DNA from: Azolla caroliniana | Taxonomy: Eukaryota; Plantae; Polypodiophyta | Direction of reading: 5' to 3' | Length of the DNA: 64,000 bases | Assembly (NCBI GenBank): GCA_043228905.1 | Contig: JBHGNT010000018.1 | Location: 434,001-498,000, forward strand | Part shown: positions 19,547 through 33,500 of the stretch, piece after piece | Position numbering within the stretch: position 1 is the stretch's first letter | Layout: every line of letters starts with the position of its first letter | The notes under the pieces: model-generated | Told to the model about the DNA's origin: nothing | What the model saw: the letters and a program-made list of their open reading frames with translations, nothing else | Database searches by the model: none | Translations under genes and position numbers: made by a program

Positions 19547-22500
19547 ATGGCGCTCGACCTCGTTACTGCTTCGTTTCCCGACGAGTCCCAACCCAAGAAG
19601 AGGGCGAGACTCGGCTGGGACGACCCCGACCCTGCCTTCTTGGCTGAAGCTACACGTCTTCAATTCCAAATTGCCGCTCAACTCTTAATGGTACGCAAGT
19701 TACTCTCTATCTGTTTAAGCACAGCTATTTTACACCACAGAATCACAGTGTTGTTTCTCTTTAAAATTACGATTCTCTTTAATTATCTTGGATACGCAGT
19801 TAGAGTTGATCCTTGGAATTCTTCTTTTGTAAAGATATCTGTTCTGGCGGTTGAAATAGGTTTAGATCTCTGCCTGGGGATAAAGATTTAGAATATACTT
19901 AGGTCATCTGCTCACTTAGAACGATATTCCTCTTTAATGTCTGCCGGGTTTCTTTCTCTTACGGATGGATCCCCCTTTGGGGAATCCTCTTCTGGGTTCT
20001 TTAATTGTTATGGAAACAGAAAATTTCTCATATAGTTTTTCAGAATTTCATTCGTTATTCTTCAGCATGAAGTCTTTTCTATGTTTCCCCTGTTTTCTGT
20101 TGCTGTTTTACCATAACATGAGTCGTTAACTGAATCTGTTTGTATTTGAAGTTACATGTCGGAAGTAATCGTAAGAAAAGATTTAGAACATAACATGTTT
20201 CTTTCATAATTTTCTCATGAAATTTTCGGGTTATTCCCTGGAACTTTTTAACCATAGTTGGGTTCAATTCTTGTATACATCTTTATTTAAGACCGGAAAT
20301 TCGTAACGTTAAGCACCTACATCTGTAGCATACCATGATTTCTTCATGTAATAAGTGCAGATCTGTGTGGGCGTTTTGAAATTTTGCTGTTTAATCCGAT
20401 GTTTACATCTTTTAGATAACCAGGATTGGTTTTTTCTCAAGTTTTCTGAATGATTGCTCCTTATGATTGATTTAGATCTGATTTGTATCCTCTAAATGTG
20501 AACAGGGTAAGAAACTTTCAATTAAGGATAGATGAATAACCAATAATAAACATGGTAGACTGTGGAATCTCTCTGTTGTTTTAGGGCCTTTTAAATAATC
20601 CTTGTTGAGGGATCTGTTTCGTATGCATCCATTTGTATTCTATATTTTCTGTGTTTACAATTATTCTCAAATGCGCAGTATGTTACTCATTGACTAATTC
20701 GTGACTATACTTTGTAGGCTAACCCTCTCTATGCTGGTTACCAACATATGCAAACAAATGGGCTATCTTTGTTACCTCTTCTTGAATTTTCGAAAGATGC
20801 AAATGCAACAAATCAGAGTCAACATGATTTTTATAACAACAAACCAGTGCACCAATACGATCAACAACTGGAAACTGTATCCCCTTGGCATGATGATGAT
20901 AAGGATGGCCACTACAATTTTGAAGTTGGAGAGAATCTGACCCCTCGCTGTAATCTATACACCTTTATATAAAAAATCAATCAACAGCCTATCTTCATAT
21001 ATTTATGTATGTATAGATTCAGCTATTGTAAGAGATTAGGTTCATACTCATGCTTCATGAGGTTTTCAGACCAAATCGTGAGGAAGATCGGTGAAGGTAC
21101 TTTTGGGCGGGTATTGGAATGTTTGGATAGGGATGATCGAGAGCTCGTTGCTATCAAAGTTGTCCGAAGCTCGGAGAAGTATAGAGAAGATGCCATGATT
21201 GAAATTGATGTTCTATCTACACTCTCAAAGAACGATCGGACAGGGTCACGGTCTGTTTGTCTATTTATAACTTGAAGATCTCGTAGTAGATTGTGTATGT
21301 GGAAATTCACATTGAGAAAATTTGAAGCTTATTAGATTAGACTTGGATTTCTCAGTGGCTTTGTCCAGTTTAAGCGATGGTTCGAGTATCGGAATCATGT
21401 CTGCATGGTAAGTTTTTTCTCTTGCTTTCCTTTGCATTGTAACATAGCATATTATCTATCTCTTGTCCATGGTGTCTATTTTTTTACGGTTAGATCTTAG
21501 AATGCTTCAACCCATGATGATTGGTTCAATTCACAGGTTTTTGAGAAACTTGGACCCAGCTTGTTTGATTTTATAAAGACCAACGAATATCGTCCATTTT
21601 CTATTGATCTTGTTCGGGAGTTCGGTAGACAACTTCTGGGATCTGTTGCATGTGTGTTTTTCACCTTGAAGACTTTCTGTGTATCTGAATTCGTTTGTCG
21701 TGTCAGCCATATGTGACCTCAACAATGTCTTATATGCTTTTGGGATTATTTTTTGCTACTTCTGCAGACCTACATGGCTTGAACTTAATACATACAGATC
21801 TGAAACCTGAAAATGTTCTTCTGGTTTCATCTGAGTATACAAAGATTGTTGACCATAAGGTAACTCTTAAATGAAACCCTATTGCTATTTAGATAGTTTT
21901 ATATAATAACAGCCTGCTATCAGTAGTTTTTTATCAGAACACCTGACACCATTGAACAATACTCGTTAATGATTTTGTAATATTGGGTATCATGTGGTTC
22001 CTCTATACAGAGCAGTGGAAAATATTCAAGTCGGTCAAAAAGGATCCCACAGTCAAATAGAATAAAGCTTATTGATTTTGGTAGCACAACACCTGACAGG
22101 AAATCTAGCTTTTCAGTTGTTTCTACAAGACATTATCGAGCACCTGAAGTTATTTTAGGTTGGTTGAGGTTTTGTAAATACTGTTAGGCTTACTTGGGAC
22201 TGATTATAGTCACCCCTTATTGGAATGGCTGCAAAGCATCTTCATCCATTTCAAGTTAAAATTTGTTCTTTTAACCCAGGTTGTGGGTGGAGCTTTCCTT
22301 GTGATATCTGGAGCATAGGCTGTATTTTGGTTGAACTCTGCTCGGTACTATTACAAAGTTATCATGTCTTTATGAGATATGATCGATTGAATTGGTTTTT
22401 ATTGCTAGGGTACTTACAGATGAAATCTTTTACTTCAAAATGTAATAATGTAGGGTGAAGTTCTATTTCAAACCCATGAAAATTTAGAGCATCTTGCCAT

Positions 22501-23175
22501 GATGGAACGTGTTCTTGGGCCAATTCCTCATCACATGATCAGACGTGCATCAAAGTAAGTGGAAGATATATAAGGGCTCCTTTCAGTTGATAAAGGGTCT
22601 TGGGAAGCTATCATGTTAAACAGTTTTCTTGCGACATGGCTCCTTCCTCAATAATGGTTGATAGTGTTATCAATCCTTTGAGCAAACACCTGATAATTGA
22701 CTATATAAGTGTTGTACCAATCATTATTGTGGCTGAATTATTTGAGACTATTTATTTGACCCACTAGCCACTGAATTGTTGATTATTCTATTTTGGTCTT
22801 AGTAGTATTCTAATTATTTGTGGTCTTCTTTTAGAGGAAGAGCCGATAAATATTTTCGGCATGGGAGGAGATTAAATTGGCCTGAAGGTGCATCTTCAAG
22901 GAACAGTGTTCAAGATGTGAAACGAGTACATCGTCTAAAAGTATTTTGAAAAACCCATCACTGACTTAATGTCATTTTCAGTTGTACTGAATTTGTCATT
23001 TTAACCTGGTCTAAACAAATTCTCTGTATTTCAGGATGTTATTTTTGACAATGTGGGTCATAGTGGAAGGTTGTTTCTGGACTTACTGCACCAATTATTA
23101 GAGTATGATCCTGCAAGTAGACCTACTGCAAAGGAGGCACTTGATCATCCATTTTTCCGAAGCTCATCAGACTGA
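19547..23175 (+). CDS. AFC: LAMMER/CLK-family dual-specificity kinase (AFC-like), 11 exons
   Basis: Exons 19547-19690, 20718-20949, 21070-21250, 21356-21407, 21537-21651, 21768-21859, 22011-22158, 22280-22344, 22454-22554, 22835-22940, 23035-23175. Motifs [57 protein letters not shown]. Confidence 0.96.
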
Positions 23176-25869
23176 GAAAGATGGAGATTTACAACATCAT
23201 AGAATATTTGAGGGATTGGCAGAGCGAACAATGATATGGAATCAAATGTTATTAATTGAATGGTGAAATAATCTCTAATGAATCCACTGGAGGAGTGGTT
23301 TCATGATGAAGTCCAACCGAGCTTGTAATGTAATGGAGTTGAAGATTGTAGTGACCTCGATGAAATCCATATAATGTGCTTTTTGATTATATGGACAGAC
23401 CATTGGATTGAAGTCTAAAAGAACATTGTTGGGTTGAAGTCTCATAGAACGTTGCTGGGTTGAAGTTTAAGATGACACAGGAAGCATCAAATGAGTTCAT
23501 GATACAAATTTCAGTGGTGAGATCGATCATCTTGAGAGCATTGGAACATCAATGATTTCATTGATGAGAACTTTAAGGGACTGAAGGATGGAGCCTCTAT
23601 GTGATTCTTTACAATTCAATTCGAGCAATGGTTGTGGTTCAAAGCAGCATCCCATGGATTTTCTACACTGAACCCACTCCAAAAGCCAGATGCAATCGTG
23701 CAGTTCTGCAACTTCCCCTGCCATTACAGGGTTGTTTATAGTTCAAAGAAGACCGTTTTGGCTTTATGTATGTAATATATAATATACAAGTGAGGGCTTT
23801 AGCCAAGCTTGCTAAGATCCAATCATATGTTTACTGTAAAGTATTTTGAGGCTTCTGCCATTCATGATATATAAGATGAATGTGAAGTTGAATCTGGAAT
23901 CTCTGGTTTAGTAGTTTCCTTCTTGATAGTTCTCTTCTACTCAGATTAATAACGTCTATAAATAAAGGATTTGATCACTCTAGCATTGGTTTTTATGTTT
24001 CATTCAAGGTAACATAGGAGTAATTGGTTATATGTTCTGTGACATTTCTTGTAGAAATTCAGAAGAAATGGAGCATCCTATTCTATGTCATAATCTTCTT
24101 ACAAATGCCACTTGTAGGAGAAAAAAAATACTATGATGTTCTGTGGAAATAAAAGATAAACCGGTTTTCTCTTTTGGAGTCCTAATTTATGAATTTGTGT
24201 TCAACCATGATGCAGTCATTAGGTTTGGTGTTGTCTCATTCAAACGAAGTGAGGGTAGAACTTGTTATCAGAATATTGTAATGAAGTCTTGAATGTTGGG
24301 ATTTCTTACTATGCCTTGGGCCTTAGCCTCTTAACCAAGATGGCATGTGACTACTCAATTAGTGCCTTGATTCATTTGCAAATTTATAAACTTTATGAAT
24401 TTGAACATGAACTTTTTGATGTGATAATGTTGCGAAAGCAAGATCTGCGAGGTGTGTAAATGTATAAGCAGGCTCCGAAATCGCATCTTTAGAACCTATA
24501 GCAATGTTAGCTCTATCGCAAGTCAAGAAAGATCAGAGGGAGAATTTGGTCATGTAGACTTTTCATTTCACCTAAATTTGATGGTTGCTATGCATAAATT
24601 CATAATGGGCGATCTTTTATTCGTTTGAAGGTTACTAAAGAAAAGGTTGGTCATAAATTTGGAGAGTTTGTTTCTATATGAAAGGCCTCGAGAACAACTA
24701 AGATCAAGCTGACCTTTCTCGTGCGTGAAAACGAGCGAAAATGAATGAACAAATAATATTTCTAATGCAAAAGCAACGGAAGCTCGTAGAGAAACCTTAA
24801 ATTATTGGCTCACTTGAAGAAGTATCACAGCCCGTTTAGTCCTAATTCTTCTCATAACCAATGTTTTCACTTTGATTTCGTTCAATCTCCTGTTATTTCG
24901 CAAAATGAGTGCACATACGCGACTCAACATCTTAACTTGTGAACAAGTCACGCTATCCGACCATAAACATTTCTATCTTAACGAATGGCTTTATAGAGCA
25001 TTCATTTTAATTCATATTTAGCCACAAGCTTTCACGGTTTCTAATCTCATATATTCTTATTAGACAAAACCAGCTTAGAAATGAAAAAGAATAAAGTGAT
25101 GCCAAAGACGTGATGGAGTTTGTCTCTGTGCTTCATTTCAAATTTGGTAGTGAGTAAAGATGTCGCTTTCTTGATGCAACCACATTTTGTTCTTTAATGT
25201 ATAGTCTCAACATATTCGAGGACGTGTGTGCTATGTTGAGAGTGAGCCCACACATAGAGGGAGTTGACTTGCTTAGATATGATTTTCAAGTAGCATACCC
25301 TTAGTGCTTGCTTTAGACAGTGTAATGGCCTCTCTGAGCCGAAGTGCGTTGTGCATATGAGATTTCAACTTGAATACAAATTATGCAAATTTACATGATA
25401 ATTCTTACACAGATGGTTACATGCAATTTTGCATGAAGAGTTGGTGTAGATTTGCACAATTGGCCTTGCTTGTCTATTGTATTTGAAGAGGAGGAAATTT
25501 TTTGCCACTCCTTTTCGATGCCACTATAAAGATGTATACTTTGAATGGGATGGTGGATTTGGTAGGTTTACAAGATTAATGTCAATACGCAATGAAATAG
25601 ATTAAGGACGTTTTTTGTGTGTATATGTATATGTATAATAGAATAGAATAGAATATATGTTTTATCGTCCATGATGAGACCAAATTTGATGATATACTGA
25701 AAGAGAAAGACACAATATTGTCAGCAAATAAATTAGAGAATATTACAATAATATGAACACTTACAATCAAAAACCAATAAACTATAATCAACATTGTATA
25801 CAAGAAGAACGTTTGCTTATTATTAAAAATTCTATGTGTGATAGTATACATTGAATTTATGATCAATGT

Positions 25870-26290
25870 AAGTCTATCAATGATGGGAGAGTGAGAGAGA
25901 GATCCAAGATATTCACGTCATTCCATGCAAAGGCATCTCCGTTTATTAAATCAATGGTTCACATTTAACACGCATGAATGTGTGACCTGCAAGTGTTTAT
26001 TCACACATAACGTTTGTGGCTAAGTTTGTTTCCTCCAAAATGGTAAGGAAACAATCGAAGGAAAGAATGAAAAAAAGTCTATCAATGATGGGAGAGTGAA
26101 TGAGAGATCCAAGATATTCACGCCATTCAATGCAAAGGCATCTCCATTTATTAAATCAATGGTTCACGTTAAACACGCATGCATGCATGACCTTGACCTA
26201 TGAGTGTTTACTCACACATAACATTTGTGGATAAGTTTGTTTGCTCCAAATGGTAAGAAAAAAAATCAAAGGAAAAAAATCAAAGGAAAA
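25870..26290. repeat. Intergenic tandem duplication, about 205-bp unit x2
   Basis: AAGTCTATCAATGATGGGAGAGTGA..GAGATCCAAGATATTCACG.. occurs at about 25870 and 26075, with high similarity throughout. Confidence 0.9.
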
Positions 26291-29200
26291 AATGAAAATA
26301 AATTGCCTAAGTAAGAGGAAATCATTAACACTATAAAAGTTATACAAAAAATGGTGGAGATTGTCTAAACTCCCTTATTTAACCCCTCTCAATCTCCTTG
26401 ACAATGATTTAGTATGACCTCTTCCTTTCTCGAGTTCATCTAACGAGACCATCGAGCTTTATAAAAAGCTCACCAATAACATTGAGTAGTGAACCACATT
26501 CCTCAAGAACCAAGTTAAAGAGATCCTAGTGCCCTTGGGTGTACTACATTGAGCAACGTCTTTGTTCAATCAAAGTTATGCCTCTGTTTGAAGTTGTCTT
26601 TCAAGACCATATCACCATCCTTCCTTTGGTTGGCAAGATGGGCAAAAAATGGTTGTCAATCAAGCCAAAGCTTGCAAGGATTGCATTAGCCTCTTGAACG
26701 AATCTCTCACGCTTTCGTACAACGATTGACTGATTAAGAAAACCTTTCCCAATGATATAATAATGTAATGATTACCTAAAGTTATTATAAGTTATCCATA
26801 AGTTTTTTAAAGGATCAATTACTCATTTTGTTTAAGCAGTTAATAACTTACTACAATATTTACTTTTAAGTTTGAGTGAGAGAGAGAGAGAGATTATATT
26901 ATTGTCTCCAGAGGTCAAATAGACCTATAAGACCAAAAATATTACATTTCATATAATACATGTGAAAGTGAGTAGCGACTCTCGATGTTCACGAACTTTA
27001 CGAATGAATGTTGCAATCGAATGTGCACATAGTGGTTGTGAGAGGAATTTGGGCAAAGATTGGGTTTGTTTGAAGATGTGTGGAAAGCATGGTCCAATAT
27101 GATAAAAGGCAAAGCCTTGTATCAAAGTGTGATACCCAAGACTCTTGAATAAACTGTGAATTATAATGTGTATATGGGAATGAGAAGAAACTCACAGATG
27201 ACATTTATACCTCTACTCTATTGCTCGACTGTTTCTAAGAGCTATTGTTTATCTCTATCGTGCATTGTGTCCTTAGAGCTTTATGTCCATTCCGCCAAAA
27301 AAGGCATAGAGAGTGAAGCGTACAATGAGTACTCAACATTTGTTAGAAAGCTAGACAGGCTAACAACATTTCAAACTATAAGTTGACTATGCACATTCGT
27401 TCACCCCATGCATGTAAGAGAATATGAAAGTACGTTAACTAAAATTTGCATTTACTGGACCACCTTGAGAATACTAGGATGCTTTACCTTTTGTGACCAT
27501 TATATGATTCACTAAATGAGAAACAAAGCATGATGAAGTAGGAAACTCTTTGTGACATTAATTGCTATATCTATTTTAATCTCTAGTTGTTTTGCAATTA
27601 AGTATGTGTGTATTAATTATTATCTTGTTGAGACGGGGGGGGGGGGGCATTAAAATTTTTGTTTATATTACTCGCTCCCACTCTTCACCATCAAGTGCTT
27701 ATGCTACATCTCTTCAATTAATTAAGTGTTTTCGTTGCATACGTTTTATTATTAATCTTGTATCTTGATCGTTACTAAGTTTTATAATGCATAATTGAAA
27801 TAAGAGAGTTGTTGTGATAAAGGGATGTCTATGTTTAAGTACCTCAACGCATCTAACAAGATAGAACAACACACAATAAAACCAAACAAACCATCAAGAT
27901 AGAGTTTAGGTTATTGAACAATCACCTAACATCATTAGTATACGCGATGTTCCAAATCAAGTGACATTGTAAAATATCAATCCATTCAAATTTTGTTTTT
28001 GTTAAAATTTATATACAAGGGTTTCAATAGTGAGCAATGATCTTATATTGATATTTTGCCCATCCCCCAAAACTATACTTTGTTTCCACCCATATATAAT
28101 AATAATGGTTATGGTTCTCATGAACATGTTGTGGATATTGCAAAAACTAATCCTTGATGAAACAATGGTTTTGTCTTCTGGAAATCTTGCTTCATAGCTT
28201 TATACATGATAGTTCACAAATTGCTAACCATTAGCTTATTGGTGTTCTTGTTTGTTTCCAGAGCTCACTTGTCATTGAAATTGCATATCGCGCTTTGCAA
28301 GTCTCTATTCTTTTGCCCCTTCATTTACGTCATCAATAGACACGCATGTATTAACTAGTGGTTCCATATTCAATGTCGCAGGCATTATCCTCTATTCTTT
28401 ATCCTCATCATACAAGGTTTTGCCGGTAATATTAAATATTTGTTGAAGTTACTTCAATGCTAGCCTTTGTTGGAGTTTAAATATTTGCATTTTATAACAT
28501 TGCCTCTACTCTCTCTCCTCACTATTCTTCGTTTATAGAGTCAATGTGAGGACTTCTTCATTTTTATCTCTTTGCAAGTTTGAACATTTTTGAGATGGGC
28601 CTAGCATTCTTCCTAAAATCAACGAGTATACGTGAAACCAAACATTTTATATCCACCTCTATGTACATGCATTGAAATATTGATACCATGCATTGAGAAT
28701 GACATCCTTCAATTGCTCCCAAATTTTGTTCATGTCTTTACATAGGGAGTAATTGAAGAATGTGATTCTCAACACCGCTCTTGATCTGCATATACATTAT
28801 ATTCTTCATTGTAAGTTCACATAATGTACCACTTTTCCTTTTGTACTATATTGCATTGTTTAGCGTGCGAGTTTTTGGTTGCATCGTGGTATAAGTTCAG
28901 GGACTATGGTCCAAATTTGGATGTGTTCATTTTGTTTAACAAAGAATATGATTTTGTAGTTGGGGGCAATGTATGTAGTATAGTGTGTGTAGTGTGAACT
29001 TCCACATTTATTCGAATATTGACAATACATTAGAGTTCTGAATGGGTCTCAATTAGAGAGGAATCTATGTATCGATGCATCATGAAGCAAACGTGTGTTG
29101 CATCCCATCTTCTAGACCTCTTTTTTTTTGGTATAGTGCATCCAACCGAAACACAAAGTTGTTGCTTTTATGTATCTTTTGGATCAAATTGCTTGCTTAT

Positions 29201-29591
29201 TAGGCAATGTAATTCTAGGAAATCGACGTGAGGGACTTTTTTTGAACTTTAAGCATGGCCACGATCTCGATTGGGAAGTGATCGTGTCTTGAGAAGAATT
29301 AGGAGGGGCGTATGGCATATATTTCTTGAGTGGGAGAGACTTTCGGGTGAAGGAAATGAATGTGGGCATGTGTAACTGTGTTTTCGGATTCGTTTGGGCG
29401 CGATCGGTCGAGAAGCACACCAAAGTATGAAAGTGGGGCATCGACATGTCAAGGTCACGTGTGCCAATTTTTAGAGACACATGGCTCTCTCAATCCATGA
29501 ATCCATAATAAGCTCCTCTCTCCCAAACTCTAGAAATCTCTCTCTCCGTGTCTCTTTGTATTGGTTTCTTCTTTATATGCATACATACATA

Positions 29592-29827
29592 CATAGTACG
29601 TAATGCATTGGCAAACATTCATATTCATACGAATGCGTATGTTATCAAAACATTCTTAGTTTTTATTTTACACTTTGTACCGTAACTTTGTTACCTTAAA
29701 ATAAATTTTACCTTATAATGAAATAACGAATACAAAAGTACGGTATCTACCACGCTTCGAGGGTGTTTACCATGCTCGAATGTTTTAAGCATTCTCGAAT
29801 GCGAATGCACGTATGTTTCATACTATG
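29592..29827. mobile_element. Short non-autonomous TIR element (hAT-type MITE), same family as 59871-60511
   Basis: TIR CATAGTA..TACTATG. The internal AAAAGTACGGTATCTACCACGCTTCGAGGGTGTTTACC..CATTCTCGAA..CGAATGCAC aligns with about 60408-60486. TSD not clear. Confidence 0.65.
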
Positions 29828-30260
29828 CATTATTACAATTTACATACATAGAGAAGAGAGAGAGAGAGAAAGAGAAGGAACCTCCAAATTTTTCATTTGA
29901 ACAAAAAAAAGAAGAAAAAGAAGGCGCACAGAAACGAAAAACGAAACAAGAAAAACAAAACTTAATTCAAAAACAAAAAATAAAATTAATTACCTACGTT
30001 TTGAAAAAATAAATAAATAAAAAGATACATAAATAAGTTTAAAAAAAGAAAAGCAAAAAAAAAAAAAAAAAAACAACAAAAAAAGAAATCAGAATAGAAA
30101 TAAATTTGTGCGTAAAGCGTTTTTTTTATTATATATGTAGAATAAATAAATAAATATCTTTATAATTATAATAATAATTATTAATTTTGTTTTGTTTTGA
30201 AGCCATCACACTGTGCTTGCTCTCTGTCTGTCTGTCTGTGTTAACCGCGCGACAGAATAT

Positions 30261-30301
30261 GAAACCCTAACCCTAGAAACCCTAACCCTAGAAACCCTAA
30301 A
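30261..30301 (+). promoter_or_regulatory. Triple telo-box (AAACCCTA) cluster upstream of the LHP1-like gene
   Basis: GAAACCCTAACCCTAGAAACCCTAACCCTAGAAACCCTAAA, about 215-255 bp upstream of the ATG. Confidence 0.65.
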
Positions 30302-30514
30302 TCCCTCTCTCCCCTGCTCTCATGTCCTCCCTTCTCTGCACAGACATTCGAATCCTTACCTTCTTCCTTTCCCCTTCCCTCTCTGCGTGCAGTTTTTGAA
30401 TCCCTCAACTTTTTTCCCTCCTCGCGTTTTCTTCATCCTCTTCAATCTCTGCAACTCTTTCGCACCACGTTCTCTTTCTGTTTCGTAACTTCAATCTTTA
30501 CTCTCTGCAGATCC

Positions 30515-33500
30515 ATGGGGCGGAGATCTCTCACCGCTGAAACTGTCATGTCTACACCAACCCTCAGGGATCAAACAACAGACAATTCTAATTCTTCCAG
30601 TCGTCGATCGCGGCGTGGCCTTCCTCCATCTCCGCCTTTAGAAGGGAAGCACGAATCGCCTCTGAAAGCAATAGCTTCTACTTCTTCTTCTTCCTTGTCT
30701 CCTAGAAAAGCCAGAAACCTCTCTTCCAAAGCTGAAGGTAATGATGATGATGAACAGATGGTGAAAGAGAACGATAGGAACAGTAGACATATGGAGCTTG
30801 AAGAAAATGGCGAGGAAAGCAACGGAGAACGTTCCACGGTTCCTTATTCCTCATGCAGAGAAGCTGAAACTCCGTCGAAACCGACTGATAATGATGATTG
30901 GCAGACAAAGAGCGATGTAGACGGAAACAACAGAGCTATGGAGCTAGAAGGTGGCAAAGAAAGCAATGGAGAAGCTTCCAAAGTTCCTACCTTGCCACGC
31001 CGAAGAGGTAGGCCTCCTAAAAATACTGTTAATTCACAGAAGATAGAGAAATATGGAGCGAATGATATATCTATGGAGCTTAACGAAAATGCCAAAGAAA
31101 TTGGTACTGCTTCTCATGGTGTTGCTAAGGAAAATGGTACAAACGCGATTGATGATGCAAAGGGTAGTGGGACAGAATCTCTTGATGGTGCAAAGGAACG
31201 TGGTACAGAAGAAGCTTGTGGTGATGCAGAGGAAGATGTAACAGAAGCTCTGGATGATGAAAAGGGCAGAGCTGACGGTGGTGATGGCTCTGGTGAAAAA
31301 GGTAATCGGAGCGAAGAAGGTGATGGAGAGGGAAGTGATAACGGCAGCTTGGGAGAAGGCTTCTATGAGGTCGAGAGTGTTCGGAAAAAGCGACTTAGGA
31401 AGGTTAATTCCTATAGTTTATTTGTGCAGAAAATTGTGTCTTTTGCCGTTCTTTCCTATAAATGAATGCTTTTAATCTATTGCTTGTATTATTTGGCCCT
31501 TCTAGTTTTCGTGTATGTTCAATTACTGGTGTTGTGTAGAGAAAATTAAATCCGCTTCTTTTGCAAGTTTTCTTATGGGCATGAATGTTTTTGAACTCGT
31601 ACGATTGCATGATGGGTTCTTTGAGTTCAATTGTTATGACGAGCCACTCTGAGTCCTGTAGTCTTGGTCATCGTAATTACTTTCCTTGCTTGATTTTCTT
31701 TTAGTAAGCATAGTCTCCTATCAAGAAGTAGTACGTGAAGGAAAATCTGCTTGTTTGGATATTTTTTTTATCAAAACTGAATGTTCGAAATCTTCTTGGT
31801 TGCCCTTTTTGAGAGTATTTTTATTTCATTGCATAACATCTTTGGATATGATTTCCACAGGGCGAGGTGCAGTACCTGATAAAGTGGCGAGTGTCCAACT
31901 GAAGCTCATTCTAACGTTCCTCCAAATTTGATACTATTCAATATTTTCTACGACAAAAGCTTTTATGAAATGTCTGAGGTCTTGGAATTTTCTTTTTTCA
32001 GGAGAAACTGGCCAGAGTCTGCAAATACTTGGGAGCCATTTGATAATGTAAAGCATTGTGCAGAAATAATAGAAGAGTTTGAAGCGAGGTAATAGGTTTG
32101 CAAGATGTTCCACCATAATTCGTTTGTTAAGTGATAAATATTAATTCCAGGAAACTCTGTGTAGTTCGGCTACCAAAACAAGTAAAAAAGGACGAGGGAA
32201 AAGGAAGGCTGGAACTCATTCATCGCCACAGAAGAGAAAGAGGGATAGTGAGAATACAAGTGCAGAAGATGACAGTAATGCACTTGAGGATGCTGCAAAT
32301 CACATTGTAGAGTTTACAAATGGTAGTGCTAGCTTTCACAGTACTGATGCAGGAGGAGAAACAAATGCACAAAAGTCAGAGTTTACAGTCCATAAATTAG
32401 TGAAATATAACGCTACAGTGACGGAATTTATCCAAGAGAATTGTTTGGCTCATGAAGAAAAGATTGAGAGTCTACATGATAACACCCAAGCTTTAGATGT
32501 TGAGGAAACATTCTCATACTTGCCTTTTTGTGGACAAGAAACCAATCATATTCGTAAAGAGGCTAAGGAAGAGGTTTTACGAAATGATAGCACCTCTTCT
32601 GACAAACACCATTTAAAGTTATCTTCCGAAGCGGCTACTCGAGGTGAACTCTGCAAAGATGTGGGTGTGCATGCATCTAACTCTCATCCTGAGAAGATAA
32701 TAGTAGGAGAGCTTAGCAAGACATCAGGCATTGATAAGTGCACTGGTGCAAAAAAACGTAAACAGGGGTTTGTGAGACGTGTTCGGCAAGATATTGATCC
32801 TCAAGATGAAGATGAAGATGCCAAGCCTCGTGATAATGAAGCTTTTGATGAAACCAGATCTTCCAAGGGACAAAACCCAGTATCATCAGAAGATAGAAAT
32901 GATGACCGAAGGGCTTTACATGTTAGTGAGCTTGAATCATCTGCATTATTACTCAGTACACAGTCACCCCTGCCTCTGACAAAGATATTAAAAGCTGTTA
33001 ACTATAGCAATTCTTATGTGGATGGAAAACATGATGTAACAGTGCAATTCAAAGTTGCCAGGTATGGAATATTTCTTCTGCATGGTTTGGGACCTCCCTT
33101 ATTTTGGGGCAAAAATTCATGTATAGTTGTAGCCATGTTTACACTGTTTGTCACAGCACCTTGTACTTATATGAACCTAGAAACTGCTAAAATCCAGGCA
33201 CTACACGAATGATAACAGGGCAAGAGGGATTGATCCACCACTAAGCATGTTTATATAATCTCCTAATAGCATTTTAAAACATGGTATCATAGTTTTATAC
33301 TAGTATTTTCGTTAATCTCTATATGAACAACTTTGTGAAACATATGGATATCATAGCATTTAAAACATGTTATCATAGTTTTACACTAGTATCTTCGTTA
33401 ATCTCTATATGAACAACTTTGTGAAACATATGGATATCTTAGAAAGTATGTGACGGTGTAGTGCAGTGGTCAGCCATACTTCTCCATGTGCCCTATACCG

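Noticed and set aside
28080-28860. Possible decayed MULE/SWIM transposase (minus-strand GAIEGCHSQ, TCS*)
   Set aside because: Only very short motif resemblance, with no continuous frame or TIRs to support a call.
33454-33480. tRNA A-box-like GGTGTAGTGCAGTGGTCAGC in an LHP1 intron
   Set aside because: No B-box or cloverleaf follows. At most a SINE remnant.
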